DNA of 18,689 nt from Octopus sinensis (lineage: Eukaryota), in assembly GCF_006345805.1 (NCBI RefSeq), contig NW_021824387.1:1-18689 (forward strand). Direction: 5' to 3'. The translations under genes were made by a program, and so were the position numbers. The notes below the pieces were generated by a model. It was not told where the DNA came from and ran no database searches. It saw nothing but the letters and a program-made list of their open reading frames with translations. Shown one piece after another: positions 1 through 9,782 of this stretch (within the stretch, counting starts at the first letter, position 1; the number at the start of each line of letters is the position of its first letter).

Positions 1-890
1 TTTTCAAGTTTTAGCATAAGAAGAAGAAGAGGAGGAAAAAGACCGCCAATGGCTGAAAGATGGGAGAAGATGGGATTACGGCTTGAGGTAGCCTAAGGTT
101 AAATTTTGTAGAGAGAGAGATAGGAAAGATAAATCAAGTTATGGCGAAGGCTTGAAAGTAGCCTAAAAGGTTAAATTTTCGGAACAATGTATGAAGAAAC
201 GTAGTAACAACGAATAAAAATAGTAAGATAAATCTTTAAGAACTTGCTGCGGGCATCGATCGGGAGTTGAAATTGAAGAAGAAAGTAAGTTGAATTGGGA
301 ATTTAAATTGTAGAATCGTAATGGTAATGGCGATTTTCAAGTTTTAGCATAAGAAGAAGAGGAGGAAAAAGACCGCCAATGGCTGAAAGATGGGAAGAGA
401 TGGGATTACGGCTTGAGGTAGCCTAAGGTTAAATTTTGTAGAGAGAGAGATAGGAAAGATAAATCAAGTATGGCGAAGGCTTGAAAGTAGCTCCTAAAAA
501 TAAATTTCGTAACAATGTATGAATAAACGTAGTAACAACGAATAAAAATAGTAAGATAGATTTTTAAGAACTTGCTGCGGGCATCGATCGGGAGTTGAAA
601 TTGAAGAAGAAAGTAAGTTGAATTGGGAATTTAAATTGTAGAATCGTAATGGTAATGGCGATTTTCAAGTTTTAGCATAAGAAGAAGAAGAGAGGAAAAA
701 GACCGCCAATGGCGGAAAGATGGGAAGAGATTGGATTACGGCTTGAGGTAGCCTAAGGTTAAATTTTGTAGAGAGAGAGATAGAAGAAAGATAAATCAAG
801 TTATGGCGAAGGCTGAAAGTAGTAGCCTAAAAGGTTAAATTTTCGTAACAATGTATGAATAAACGTAGTAACAACGAATAAAAATAGTAA
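1..890. repeat. Tandem repeat (satellite-like), unit ~330 bp, about 2.7 visible copies
   Basis: The unit start TTTTCAAGTTTTAGCATAAGAAG occurs at 1, 334 and 662. The third copy breaks off at ~890; the array may extend past the left edge. Confidence 0.95.
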
Positions 891-1065
891 TATATATAGG
901 GAGAATTCACAAAAAAAGACGAAGACAAGTAGCGTAGACAAAAAAAGACTTTAACGTTTCGAGCCTACGCTCTTCCACACAAAGCAACACAGAAATAAAT
1001 AAGGAGAGAAAATAAAGAATGAGAAGTGGCCAGTGATCTTATATATATATATATATATATATATA
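891..1065 (-). mobile_element. Short TA-flanked element carrying a degenerate hammerhead-like motif; probable Penelope-like terminal-repeat relic
   Basis: The minus strand reads CTTT-GTGTGGA-A-GAGC-GTAG-GCTC-GAAACGTT-AAAG (984-949). There are TA runs on both sides, and the motif is homologous to 4338-4372. The family assignment is inference. Confidence 0.5.
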
Positions 1066-1738
1066 GGTCGATAGTTTTACACACACGCACACATACATAC
1101 ATTTAGCCGTTGCCATCTACATATACATATATATATACATATGTGTGTGTGTGTGTGTGTGTATAGTTGTACATACAATGCTTAAATGCAGGGAAAACTC
1201 CCTAAGGACCCTAATTCATTGTATCCATTCTCTAGCGTTCTGAGATTCAACATTGTTATGGCATTTCCACAGAACGCCAGAGCATATATGATATCTGTTC
1301 TTTTGAAGAATTCTTCATACAATGGAATGGATGTATTTATCATGACACCAGCACCATAAAGGTTATCCTTTATCATATCACCTGTATCATTATTATTAAG
1401 GAATATTTCCTCTCTTCAGGAGGTCACCTCTCCTCTACACAGTAATGGCTGTGTTTATATGACCAATGTCCAAGATAGGCTACCTTCTTTATGGTGGAGA
1501 GGCCATGGCTTTGAGGGTAGCAGGTGATGGAATTTTCCTAGTTACAAAATATAACTAAGGCTCTCAGGTGGGGGACTGGGTTACTTAAAAGAAAGGTTGA
1601 TGAGTGTGAATTGAGACATGACAGTCAATGTTTGTCTGTCTGTCTCTCTCGCTCTCTCACTCTCCTTCTTTCAAAACCACACACACCACACACACACACA
1701 GACACACACAGATATTCATAAACAATTTCCAAACTTAC

Positions 1739-1951
1739 CTTATCTAATATACTTAAAGGTTCAACCTCGGAATGAAACCTCCTCCTACTCTTCACAGCCA
1801 GGTGCAGACAATTGTTGCCTTCATTATTGACAACATTTACGTCTGCACCTTTTGCTATCAACTGGTGCACCATTTCGAGGTGGCCAATAGAGACAGCTAA
1901 CAGCAATGGTGTCACTTTCTGATGGTTCTTGATATCAAGCTGAACAGAATC
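1739..1951 (-). CDS. Ankyrin-repeat gene, exon 5 (213 nt, phase 0 to 0): DSVQLDIKNHQKVTPLLLAVSIGHLEMVHQLIAKGADVNVVNNEGNNCLHLAVKSRRRFHSEVEPLSILDK
   Basis: Acceptor ctaactctacaaag|GAT; donor GATAAG|gtaagt at 1738. Contains the ankyrin motifs TPLLLAV..GHLEMV..LIAKGADVN and NCLHLA. An in-frame alternative acceptor (gttcag|CTT) lies 12 nt downstream. No stop codon is reached, so further exons should follow. Confidence 0.93.
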
Positions 1952-2785
1952 CTTTGTAGAGTTAGAAATAGAAAATGAAAATCTGCATGAAAATTCGGGT
2001 AGATACCGATGTGTTATTACTGTCTTCTACTGGGTACTTGACCAAACTAATCATACACACTTGATGTCTGTCAGTAAAGAGAACCTTCGTAAAGTACCTC
2101 CATAACTTCCTTTGAGTGTATATTAGAGACATAATCTAAGTTGTCATATTATAGTCAGGAATAAAGATTCATGACTATAGTAAGTTTTAGGAGAACTGAA
2201 AAAGGGTGAAGACATGATTAATGGATCAAGTGTAGTAAAGAAGAATTATTCGCTTAATGTTTACTGTTGATGTTGCTATATTAATAAGGGGTTCATAAAA
2301 CTGCTGAGGCAGTTAGTGTCCACTCCCGTAAAATTAATGTACACCCGCACACGCACACACACATCATTTCGACCCTCTTGTATTGGTTCTTTTGAGTGTG
2401 GCATTCTGTACAACAGGTTCTGTTGCATCCTCCGGTTCAGAATGCATCACCTCGGATGTCTTGTTCTAAAGAAAATACTTTGCTAATTGTTCTCGGATTC
2501 GTTTCGCAGGTTGTTCTGTGCAATGCTATAATCCCAAAACCTACAGTATTTAGAGTTAAAATCCAAGGATGATGAACGTGTAAGATGATAGTAAGTTTTT
2601 CACAATCCGCATAAGTTTGTAAACTTTGCCATATTGAAGATTGATATGCAGTAAAAAAGTTACTTTCTACTTTATGGTTGGCAACTGGATTTGCCGTATC
2701 TGCCACTACAGGTTGACCTAACGAATAGCTAGCAGATTACCCCTCGTTTGTGTAATTACTACTTTCGAGGTGCTGGTAGCTATAT

Positions 2786-2822
<37 letters not shown>

Positions 2823-2823
<1 letters not shown>

Positions 2824-3012
2824 CACTGTGATCCGCGTTTCGGACCAGGCTATCAGATGTTGCTACACATCACTGGTCACAATGCGCTTCGCATTGTTTT
2901 AGCCTTCAAATGACGCCACCCCGCTGGCTAAGCGAGCAGGCCAACAGAAGAAAGAGTGAGAGAAAGCTGTGGCAAAAGAGTACAGCAGGGATCGCCACCA
3001 TCCCCTGCCGGA
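2823..3012 (+). mobile_element. Probable interspersed repeat fragment following a (TA)n tract
   Basis: A GC- and CpG-richer island with sharp edges in an AT-rich intron. The sequence GGCTAAGCGAGCAGGCCAACAGAAGAAAGAGTGAGAG is recalled as a common octopus repeat; this is unverified, and strand and family are uncertain. Confidence 0.4.
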
Positions 3013-4223
3013 TGTACTCTGCAAATTCATGTGCTTGTGTGTGTTCATGCTTCTGTATTTGTGTATGTGTTTGTGTGCGCGTGTGTGTGTTATTTTCATT
3101 CGTATGTGTGCTTTCCATGCTGGCAAATAAGCATTGACTTCCTTCAAGAACTAATCAGTGGACCATGTCACTGTTGTCCATTTTTATTTATAATGGCAGC
3201 TAAGGCTGGGAACCCTTCTTAATGCAAACCCCAAAGCAGAGTGTACTGGATGCTCTGGCACCATCCTTGAGGAGGTTCTCATGTCCTAACCAAAAGAAGC
3301 CTCAGTTTCCGCTCTACCCTATGGGATCTCCATTCATTCATATTCCATTTTTTGTGACACCGGTCCTAGAGACATTGCCTTCCCCCAGGCTCCTCATTTG
3401 TCTAAAATTGTTCTGGATAACCTGATCAAGAGTGGGTAGAAAGGAGGGTAAATGCAGACGATGAGTCTAGGATGCGAGGCAAGGAAGCAGTAAGGCTTCT
3501 AGAAAAGTAATGTGTGTATGTCAAAATAGGGATGTTAAGGGGGAGTAACAAGTGGTGGGTTACTGGAAGAATGATGGTCAGCGGGGAAGTGAGCGACCGG
3601 GGAGAGAGGGTGTGACAATCACAATCAGTTATAGAAAAGGAGAGGAGGAAGTAGTTATGTTAGCATGTAAGGGAAGCATGGGTGACGGATGTCAATGGAA
3701 GTGTATGTATATACATAAACACGATTGTGTATATATTTATATACACAAACACACATATAAAGGACATTTGTATAGTTATAGTAACCAGTAGAAAACAGTA
3801 AGAGTAAGTTTAATTACAAGAAAACAAATTAATTAGTTATAAACATAGAAACCATTCTTCATATTAGTGACATCAACACATTCCTCACTTACTAAATCTC
3901 AGCAATTCCTCGTTTTATATTTTTCTACGATGGAAAGAAATATTTGTTTGCTTCGTGTTATTCAACCAGTTATTTTATTGCACAGCATTCTATATCTGTT
4001 ATAATAAGGTGTGTTTCATGTACTGGATGTAGATATATTGTAATCGACATAATGCTAGCTATATGCAGTAACTGGTCATTTTTGCCAGTTGCGTGACAGG
4101 GAGAGAAAATAAAAAAGGTTTAGTGGGTAGCGATCTATCATGGCGATCTATCATATATATATATTTATATAGCGGCGTACGTACACTTTGTTATCTCCCT
4201 CTCTCTATCTATCTCTCTCTCTA

Positions 4224-4267
<44 letters not shown>

Positions 4268-4268
<1 letters not shown>

Positions 4269-4476
4269 ACCGCGTGAGTACCGTTGGCGTTATTTTTTCC
4301 CTCTGTCTTCCCTTCTATGGATCTTTCCTTCTCCTATGTTTCCGACGAAGAGCTCCGCTCGAAACGTTAAACCCTTCTTCTTTCCTTCTTTCCTGGGCGT
4401 CCAATAATACTATATTGTTCCACGTCCTCGCGTTGTTGTATTTTCTCTTTGTGTTTTCATTTTTGGATTACGCATA
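4268..4476 (+). mobile_element. Short element between (CT)n and (TA)n tracts with a minimal hammerhead-like motif; probable Penelope-like terminal-repeat relic
   Basis: GTTT-CCGACGA-A-GAGC-TCC-GCTC-GAAACGTT-AAAC at 4338-4372. Penelope-like elements are known to carry minimal type I hammerheads with a palindromic stem III. Confidence 0.55.
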
Positions 4477-4520
4477 TATATTTATATATACATATATATA
4501 TACGTATATATATATACATA

Positions 4521-4562
<42 letters not shown>

Positions 4563-4706
4563 ACGTGTATATGCTGGCATGACTGTGTATTAAGACCTTT
4601 TCTTCCAAACAACATGGTCTGGGTTCAATCTGATTGCATGTAACTCTGACAAGCGTCTTTTATTATAGCTCTTTATGTGTGCCAACATGTATGAATGTAT
4701 GTGTTA

Positions 4707-4773
4707 TGTGTGTGCGCTTGTGTGTGTGTGTGTGTGTGTGCGTGTGTGTGCATGCGTGTGTGTGTGTGTGTGT
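4707..4773. repeat. (TG)n microsatellite; similar TG/CA tracts lie at ~1141-1163, 1677-1710, 6148-6216, 6391-6452 and 7771-7840
   Basis: Directly visible; coordinates are approximate. Confidence 0.9.
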
Positions 4774-4879
4774 CTGCGTCTTTTTGTCTTGACATTTGTG
4801 TGATAGTTGTAAATGAATGCCACTGTCATATAAGCAGGGTCTCTTATTTCCAACATTCTGCGGGAACATGTGTAGTTCT

Positions 4880-4998
4880 TGGCAAATGTTAGCTTCCTTG
4901 GAAAGAGGAGAGGATTGGCGATAGGGAGAGCATCCAGCTGCGGAGAATCTGCCTCAAGAAAATCTATCTGAGCCAAGGAAGTATGATGATGATGATGA

Positions 4999-5000
<2 letters not shown>
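4880..5000 (+). mobile_element. Diverged short 3'-tail relic related to the RTE element, with a (GAT)n tail
   Basis: TTGGCGATAGGGAGAGCATCCAGCTG at 4915 resembles TTGGCGTTAGGAAGGGCATCCAGCTG at 5791; the relic ends in GTATGATGATGATGATGAT. Boundaries are approximate. Confidence 0.55.
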
Positions 5001-5044
<44 letters not shown>

Positions 5045-5097
5045 AATGAGGTAATCAGATCGGATGGTTCATATTTATAGATATTTATTTATATATT

Positions 5098-5945
5098 TGT
5101 GAGAAAGTGCCAGTCCCTAGAAGTTGAGGGAACCCGTGGAAGAGGTAGACCCAGGAAAACCTGGGACGAGGTGGTGAAGCACGACCTTCGAACTTTAGGC
5201 CTCACTGAGGAAATGACCAGCGACCGAGACCTTTGGAAATATTCTGTACGTGAGAAGACCAGGCAGGACAAGTGAGCCCAGCCCACTTATGAATGCCTTT
5301 CCTCCCTTGGACACAAAGACCTGTTGAGGCAAGCGAAATCGATATAGAACCTCATCTTACGTCAGACACCCATGCCACCCCCACCCCTTGCTTGCGAAGA
5401 CATGTTGGGGCAAGCGAAATCGAAATCGAAACCGAATTAAACCCGCCAGGATCCCTGGCCTGGTGGTACGTAAAAAGCACTATCCGACTCGTGGCCGTGG
5501 AACGTAAAATACTCCAATGCGACCGTACGACAGGCACCCATGCCAACCACCTTTGCTTGTGAAGACATGTTGGGGCAAGCGAAATCGAAATCGAATTGAA
5601 CCAGCCAGGATCCCTGGTCTGGTGGTACGTAAAAAGCACTATCCGACTCGTGGCCGATGCCAGCGCCGCCTCGACTGGCTTCCGTGCCGGTGGCACATAA
5701 AATACACCAATCCGACCGTGGCCGTTGCCAGCCTCGTCTGGCACCTGTGCAGGTGGCACGTAAAAAGCACCCACTACACTCACGGAGTGGTTGGCGTTAG
5801 GAAGGGCATCCAGCTGTAGAAACATTGCCAGATTAGACTGGAGCCTGGTGCAGCCTTCTGGCTTCCCAGAACCCCGGTCGAACCGTCCAACCCATGCTAG
5901 CATGGAGAACGGACGTTAAACGATGATAATGATGATGATGATGAT
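5098..5945 (+). mobile_element. 5'-truncated RTE-clade LINE: ORF C-terminus, repetitive 3' UTR and (GAT)n tail
   Basis: 5099-5275 translates to VRKCQSLEVEGTRGRGRPRKTWDEVVKHDLRTLGLTEEMTSDRDLWKYSVREKTRQDK*, the RGRPRKTW...DR..W signature of RTE ORF ends. The element ends in ...GGACGTTAAAC-GATGATAATGATGATGATGATGAT. No clear TSD was found. Confidence 0.85.
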
Positions 5946-6184
5946 ATTACATTTTTTACATATATCTATCATATCATTCAGATCATATCATTCGAATTAT
6001 TAGCGCTTTCTCCCAATCCAGTGGGGTTTTCAAATCAAATCAATTCCTTTGTGGGGAATTTGAACATTGTATAGAGTTTCGTAGTAGTGGGGAGGAATAA
6101 GACAGTATAAGAGGGTGAGGAGGAAGTGAGACAGAGAAAACATGTCTGTATGTGTGTGTGTGTGTTTGTGTGTATGTGTGTGTA

Positions 6185-6216
<32 letters not shown>

Positions 6217-6486
6217 CGTTCGTATCTGAGAGGGAAGAAGAAGTATTTCCGTTGGCCTGCTGGACCCCCTATGGTTTTCTAAGAATTTTAGCCCTCTGTC
6301 CATTCTGGTGTCACTGAGTGTGTGTTGTGGGTAGGCTAACTGGACAAATGTCATTTGGGGTCATACTTTCTATGATCGTTTTGTGGAGGTGTATGTGTGT
6401 GTATGTGTGTCTCTGTGTGTCCGTGTGTGTTTGTGTGCGTGTGTGTGTGTGTGGAGATGGGGAGAGAGACAAAAAGAGAAAAGGGA

Positions 6487-6577
6487 AAATAAAAATAAAA
6501 ATAAATATAAAAATAAAAAAATAAAATAAAAAATAAAAAATGAAAAATAAAAAATAAATAAATAAATAAAAATAAGG
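6487..6577. repeat. (A4-6T)n A-rich low-complexity tract
   Basis: Directly visible. Confidence 0.85.
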
Positions 6578-6669
6578 GAGGAAGTGGAGAAGAAGAAAAA
6601 AATATTTTTGTGTGTTGATATTTATACCAATACATATATATACACACACAGACTTATACATAAAATATT

Positions 6670-6856
6670 TGAAAAAAACTTTTTATCGGTTCAAAATGAA
6701 CAACCAAATTACACCATCTTGAAAATTGTATATCATAGGAAAGTTAAAATTAATGTGACAATTAAAAGGTAAAGATGGAAGTAAATTATAAAGATAATAA
6801 TATAATGTATATAACATATATAACAGATATATATATATATATACACACATATATAT

Positions 6857-6905
<49 letters not shown>

Positions 6906-7292
6906 TATATACACATACAGACATATACTAAATGTTCTACTATATTAGATTGTAAATCGAAAGATGCGTCCTTCAATGTCACTATATATATATATACATG
7001 CTTACACATGAAATATTAGAGAAAAACCCACCTTCTATCGAATCAAAATGAACAATCAAATTACACCATCTTGAAAATTGCATATCATAGGAAGGTTAAA
7101 ATTAGAATGACAATTGGCAAGTAAAGATCAAGTAAATTGCAAAAACAATATAATGTATATAACAGGTAACATGCACACACACACACACACACACCTATAT
7201 ATATATATTATATATATATATATATATACACACACATATATTAAATGTTCTACTATATCATATTGTAAATCGAAAAATTTGTCCTTTAATGT
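6670..7292. repeat. Diverged local tandem duplication, period ~352 bp
   Basis: TCAAAATGAACAA.CAAATTACACCATCTTGAAAATTG occurs at 6691 and 7043. Both copies end in TAAATGTTCTACTATAT...TTGTAAATCGAAA, and each has its own TA/CA microsatellite at the same internal position. Confidence 0.9.
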
Positions 7293-7382
7293 ATGTTGAG
7301 TAAGTTTAAGCCATTTAATTTGGGGGAGAACTTAGCTATGAAATGTTTTTCCATATTCCTCCAGAAGGAGGTGTCATTCTTC

Positions 7383-7385
<3 letters not shown>

Positions 7386-7452
<67 letters not shown>

Positions 7453-7538
7453 GTGTGTATATATATAGAGAGTAAGATTGATAGGTAAATAGATAGATAG
7501 ATAGATAGATAGACAGAGAGAGAGATAGAGAGAGAGAC

Positions 7539-7571
<33 letters not shown>

Positions 7572-7600
7572 CAGATAGATAGATAGATAGACACACACAT
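7386..7600. repeat. Compound microsatellite (TA)n-(GATA)n-(GA)n-(GACA)n
   Basis: Directly visible. Confidence 0.9.
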
Positions 7601-7879
7601 CCATATATACATGGTTGTAGTGTAAGGAGCTTTTTTCCCAGCCATACACTGTTCCACGTTGAATCCCTCTGCATGGAAATTCAGGCAAGTATATTCTACA
7701 CTTACCTAGGGCTGAACAAAATCTTGTTAGTGGATTTGGTAAATGAAAACTGAAAGAAGCTTCATAACAGGTGTGTGTCTATGTGTGTGCCTATGTATGT
7801 GTGTGTGAGTGAGTGTTTGTGTATGTGTGTGTGTGTGTGTAGTGGTTCAACAAAGAGGCTGAAAGGGTAAGTGATATGC

Positions 7880-7972
7880 TTAAAATAAAAAAGTACTGGG
7901 ATCGATACAGTTGACTAAAAGTTCAAGGTGATGCCCCAGCATGGCCGCAGTCAAATGCCTAAAACATTTAAA

Positions 7973-7975
<3 letters not shown>
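7880..7975 (+). mobile_element. SINE-like 3' fragment, inverted relative to the 9783-9990 copy
   Basis: AAGTACTGGGATCGAT...GCCCCAGCATGGCCGCAGTCAAATGCCTAAAAC aligns to the reverse complement of ~9800-9880. Confidence 0.6.
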
Positions 7976-8008
<33 letters not shown>

Positions 8009-8280
8009 GATATCTGTTATATTTTGGTTCATCTCATAATGACCTTGTTTCCTTTGACCATTAAAGATATCATTATCAGTGGTGGTGGTCAGTTGGACTG
8101 TCAACACCACTAATATCAACATCAACATGATCAATATACAATTCCTCCACAAACACAAGGCTTTTGTAGTACATGTGATTAAATCCATCCCCATTATTTC
8201 ACTGGTACATTGGTAATATTTATATTATACAGATCAATATAATACTGGAGAGTGTATATAATATATATTTATTAACTAAC

Positions 8281-8317
8281 CTTGGACAGCATCGCACACA
8301 CCACTTTATACTGTCGC
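8281..8317 (-). CDS. Ankyrin-repeat gene, exon 4 (37-nt mini-exon, phase 2 to 0): (G)RQYKVVCAMLSK
   Basis: Acceptor ccattactttcag|G; donor AAG|gttagt at 8280. It supplies the missing second helix, so TPLHMAVRG-RQYKVVCAMLSK-DSVQLDIKNHQKV forms a normal 34-aa ankyrin repeat, and it reconciles the phase 2 donor with the phase 0 acceptor. Confidence 0.88.
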
Positions 8318-8519
8318 CTGAAAGTAATGGATGAGGAAAGAAAAACATGAAAAAAAACAAACATCACACAGCTTGAGATAATAATTATTAGGTCATTAAA
8401 GAAAACATATGTAATTAGGTCACAATAACTTAATTACAGCAATTATTACACACATACTCACACACACACATATATTTATTCAATACACACTCTACACAAT
8501 AGAACAATGATATATACAC

Positions 8520-9060
8520 ACCTGAGTAAACCCAGAAATGTAAAGACAGGAAAAATACTGCTAAGAACTCTGACAGCTTATATAAACATGAAATGTAGGA
8601 AGGAAAGAAGGGCTACAGGTAATCATATGAACCCCAGTACATGACTGGTATTGTATTTTATCAACCTTGCAAAGATGGAAGGAGAAGTTGACCTTGGCAG
8701 GATTTGAACTCTGAACGTAAAGAGTCGTAAATAAAATAACACAATTTATTTTCTCTAAAAGTAATAAGAAACAAGAACAGGAGAAAAGAAGGAAGACAGT
8801 TTATTAAAGGAACCCCAGGCTATTACTGGTACAGATTATATTGACCCCAGAGTGATAGTAAATATTCTGGTAGGATTTGAACATGGAACATAAAAGAGAC
8901 CAATGTAAATACTGTAAGGGGATGATTCTGTATTTAGCCCAGGGTCGGAGTAAATAGGGAAACTACAAAGGAGAGAGAGTGAGGAAGAAAGAGAGAAAGA
9001 GAGAGAGAAAGTAGTTCTAGATGGGATGAAAGAAGAAGAGAGAGGATTTGAACCTGTGAC
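8520..9060 (-). mobile_element. Cluster of decayed tRNA-derived SINE-like heads (Pol III B-box GTTCAAATCC three times)
   Basis: GGATTTGAAC occurs on the plus strand at 8700, 8873 and 9044. The first two share upstream context (AACCCCAG...ACTGGTA...TT.ACC). A fourth, weaker copy may lie near 8525. Confidence 0.5.
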
Positions 9061-9286
9061 GTTGAGGAAATGGAGAACGAGATGAAGTAAAGTGTCCAGT
9101 CAGGCAACAACAATAACAATTATGGTGATGATTAATTAATAAAGTAGATTACAGTGCGAAAGAGAAAAGAAAGACAATGACCCCATGGTGGGATTATGAC
9201 ATGAGTGACTGAATGAAAAAGAAACAAACATTATTGAAAACATAAAAGAAACAGATTTGGATATTCCAGATCCAATGGGGACTTAC

Positions 9287-9441
9287 CCCCGAACTGCCAT
9301 ATGCAGTGGTGTGTCTCCATTGTTGTTCACGACATTGGCATCGATGCCATTGTGACCCAACAACAGCTCGACAGTGTGCAAGTATCCATTATAACAGGCC
9401 AATTGCAGCGGTGTTTGACCATCTTTATTTCGAGGATTCAC
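9287..9441 (-). CDS. Ankyrin-repeat gene, exon 3 (155 nt, phase 0 to 2): VNPRNKDGQTPLQLACYNGYLHTVELLLGHNGIDANVVNNNGDTPLHMAVR(G)
   Basis: Acceptor cttttctttttcag|GTG; donor CGGGG|gtaagt at 9286. Two ankyrin TPL motifs. This frame is not in the ORF track; it was translated by hand. Confidence 0.95.
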
Positions 9442-9782
9442 CTGAAAAAGAAAAGAATAAAAACATTAAAAATAGTGTCTGAAAGGAGAGTCGGGTGGTG
9501 AAGAATTAAAAGAAAAATTCACAGAAAAAGAGAAGAGAAGGAATGAAATTAATTAAACAGGTGGAATGATTGGGGTGGGGAGTAGGTAATAGAGATTTCT
9601 GTTGTATATACACACACGTGTATACACACATACATATGTGCATATAAATATATTTATACACACACACACAAACACACGCATATAGGATGAACAACTCAAT
9701 AAATAAACACATAGAGCAGCAAAATGTGTGTGTATGTGTGTATATACGTGTGTTCGCGTGTGTGTGTGTTCATAATTACATT

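Noticed and set aside
1-890. CRISPR-like or prokaryotic repeat interpretation of the tandem array
   Set aside because: The units are ~330 bp with no unique spacers, and the context is clearly eukaryotic with spliceosomal introns.
1182-1376. 64-aa ORF MIKDNLYG... as a candidate next exon of the ankyrin gene
   Set aside because: It has no recognisable motif. The nearest acceptor (gatacag|GTG ATA TGA) gives an immediate stop in the required phase 0, and the ORF frame has an upstream stop. It cannot be excluded as UTR or a terminal exon.
2437-2706. 89-aa minus-strand ORF MADTANPVANHK...
   Set aside because: No recognisable domain or supported splice sites, and it is not needed to complete the ankyrin frame. 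It may be a decayed repeat.
4130-4154. 12-bp direct repeat GCGATCTATCAT twice (and a 20-bp duplication at ~10185-10225)
   Set aside because: Adjacent micro-duplications consistent with replication slippage; they enclose no element, so they are not TSDs.
5352-5903. 183-aa minus-strand ORF and overlapping plus-strand ORFs
   Set aside because: These lie in the GC-richer repetitive 3' UTR of the RTE fragment; their internal peptide repeats simply mirror the 165-bp DNA duplication.
8700-9053. Genuine tRNA genes at the B-box motifs
   Set aside because: I could not build a cloverleaf or find a properly spaced A-box; the motifs fit better as SINE-head relics.
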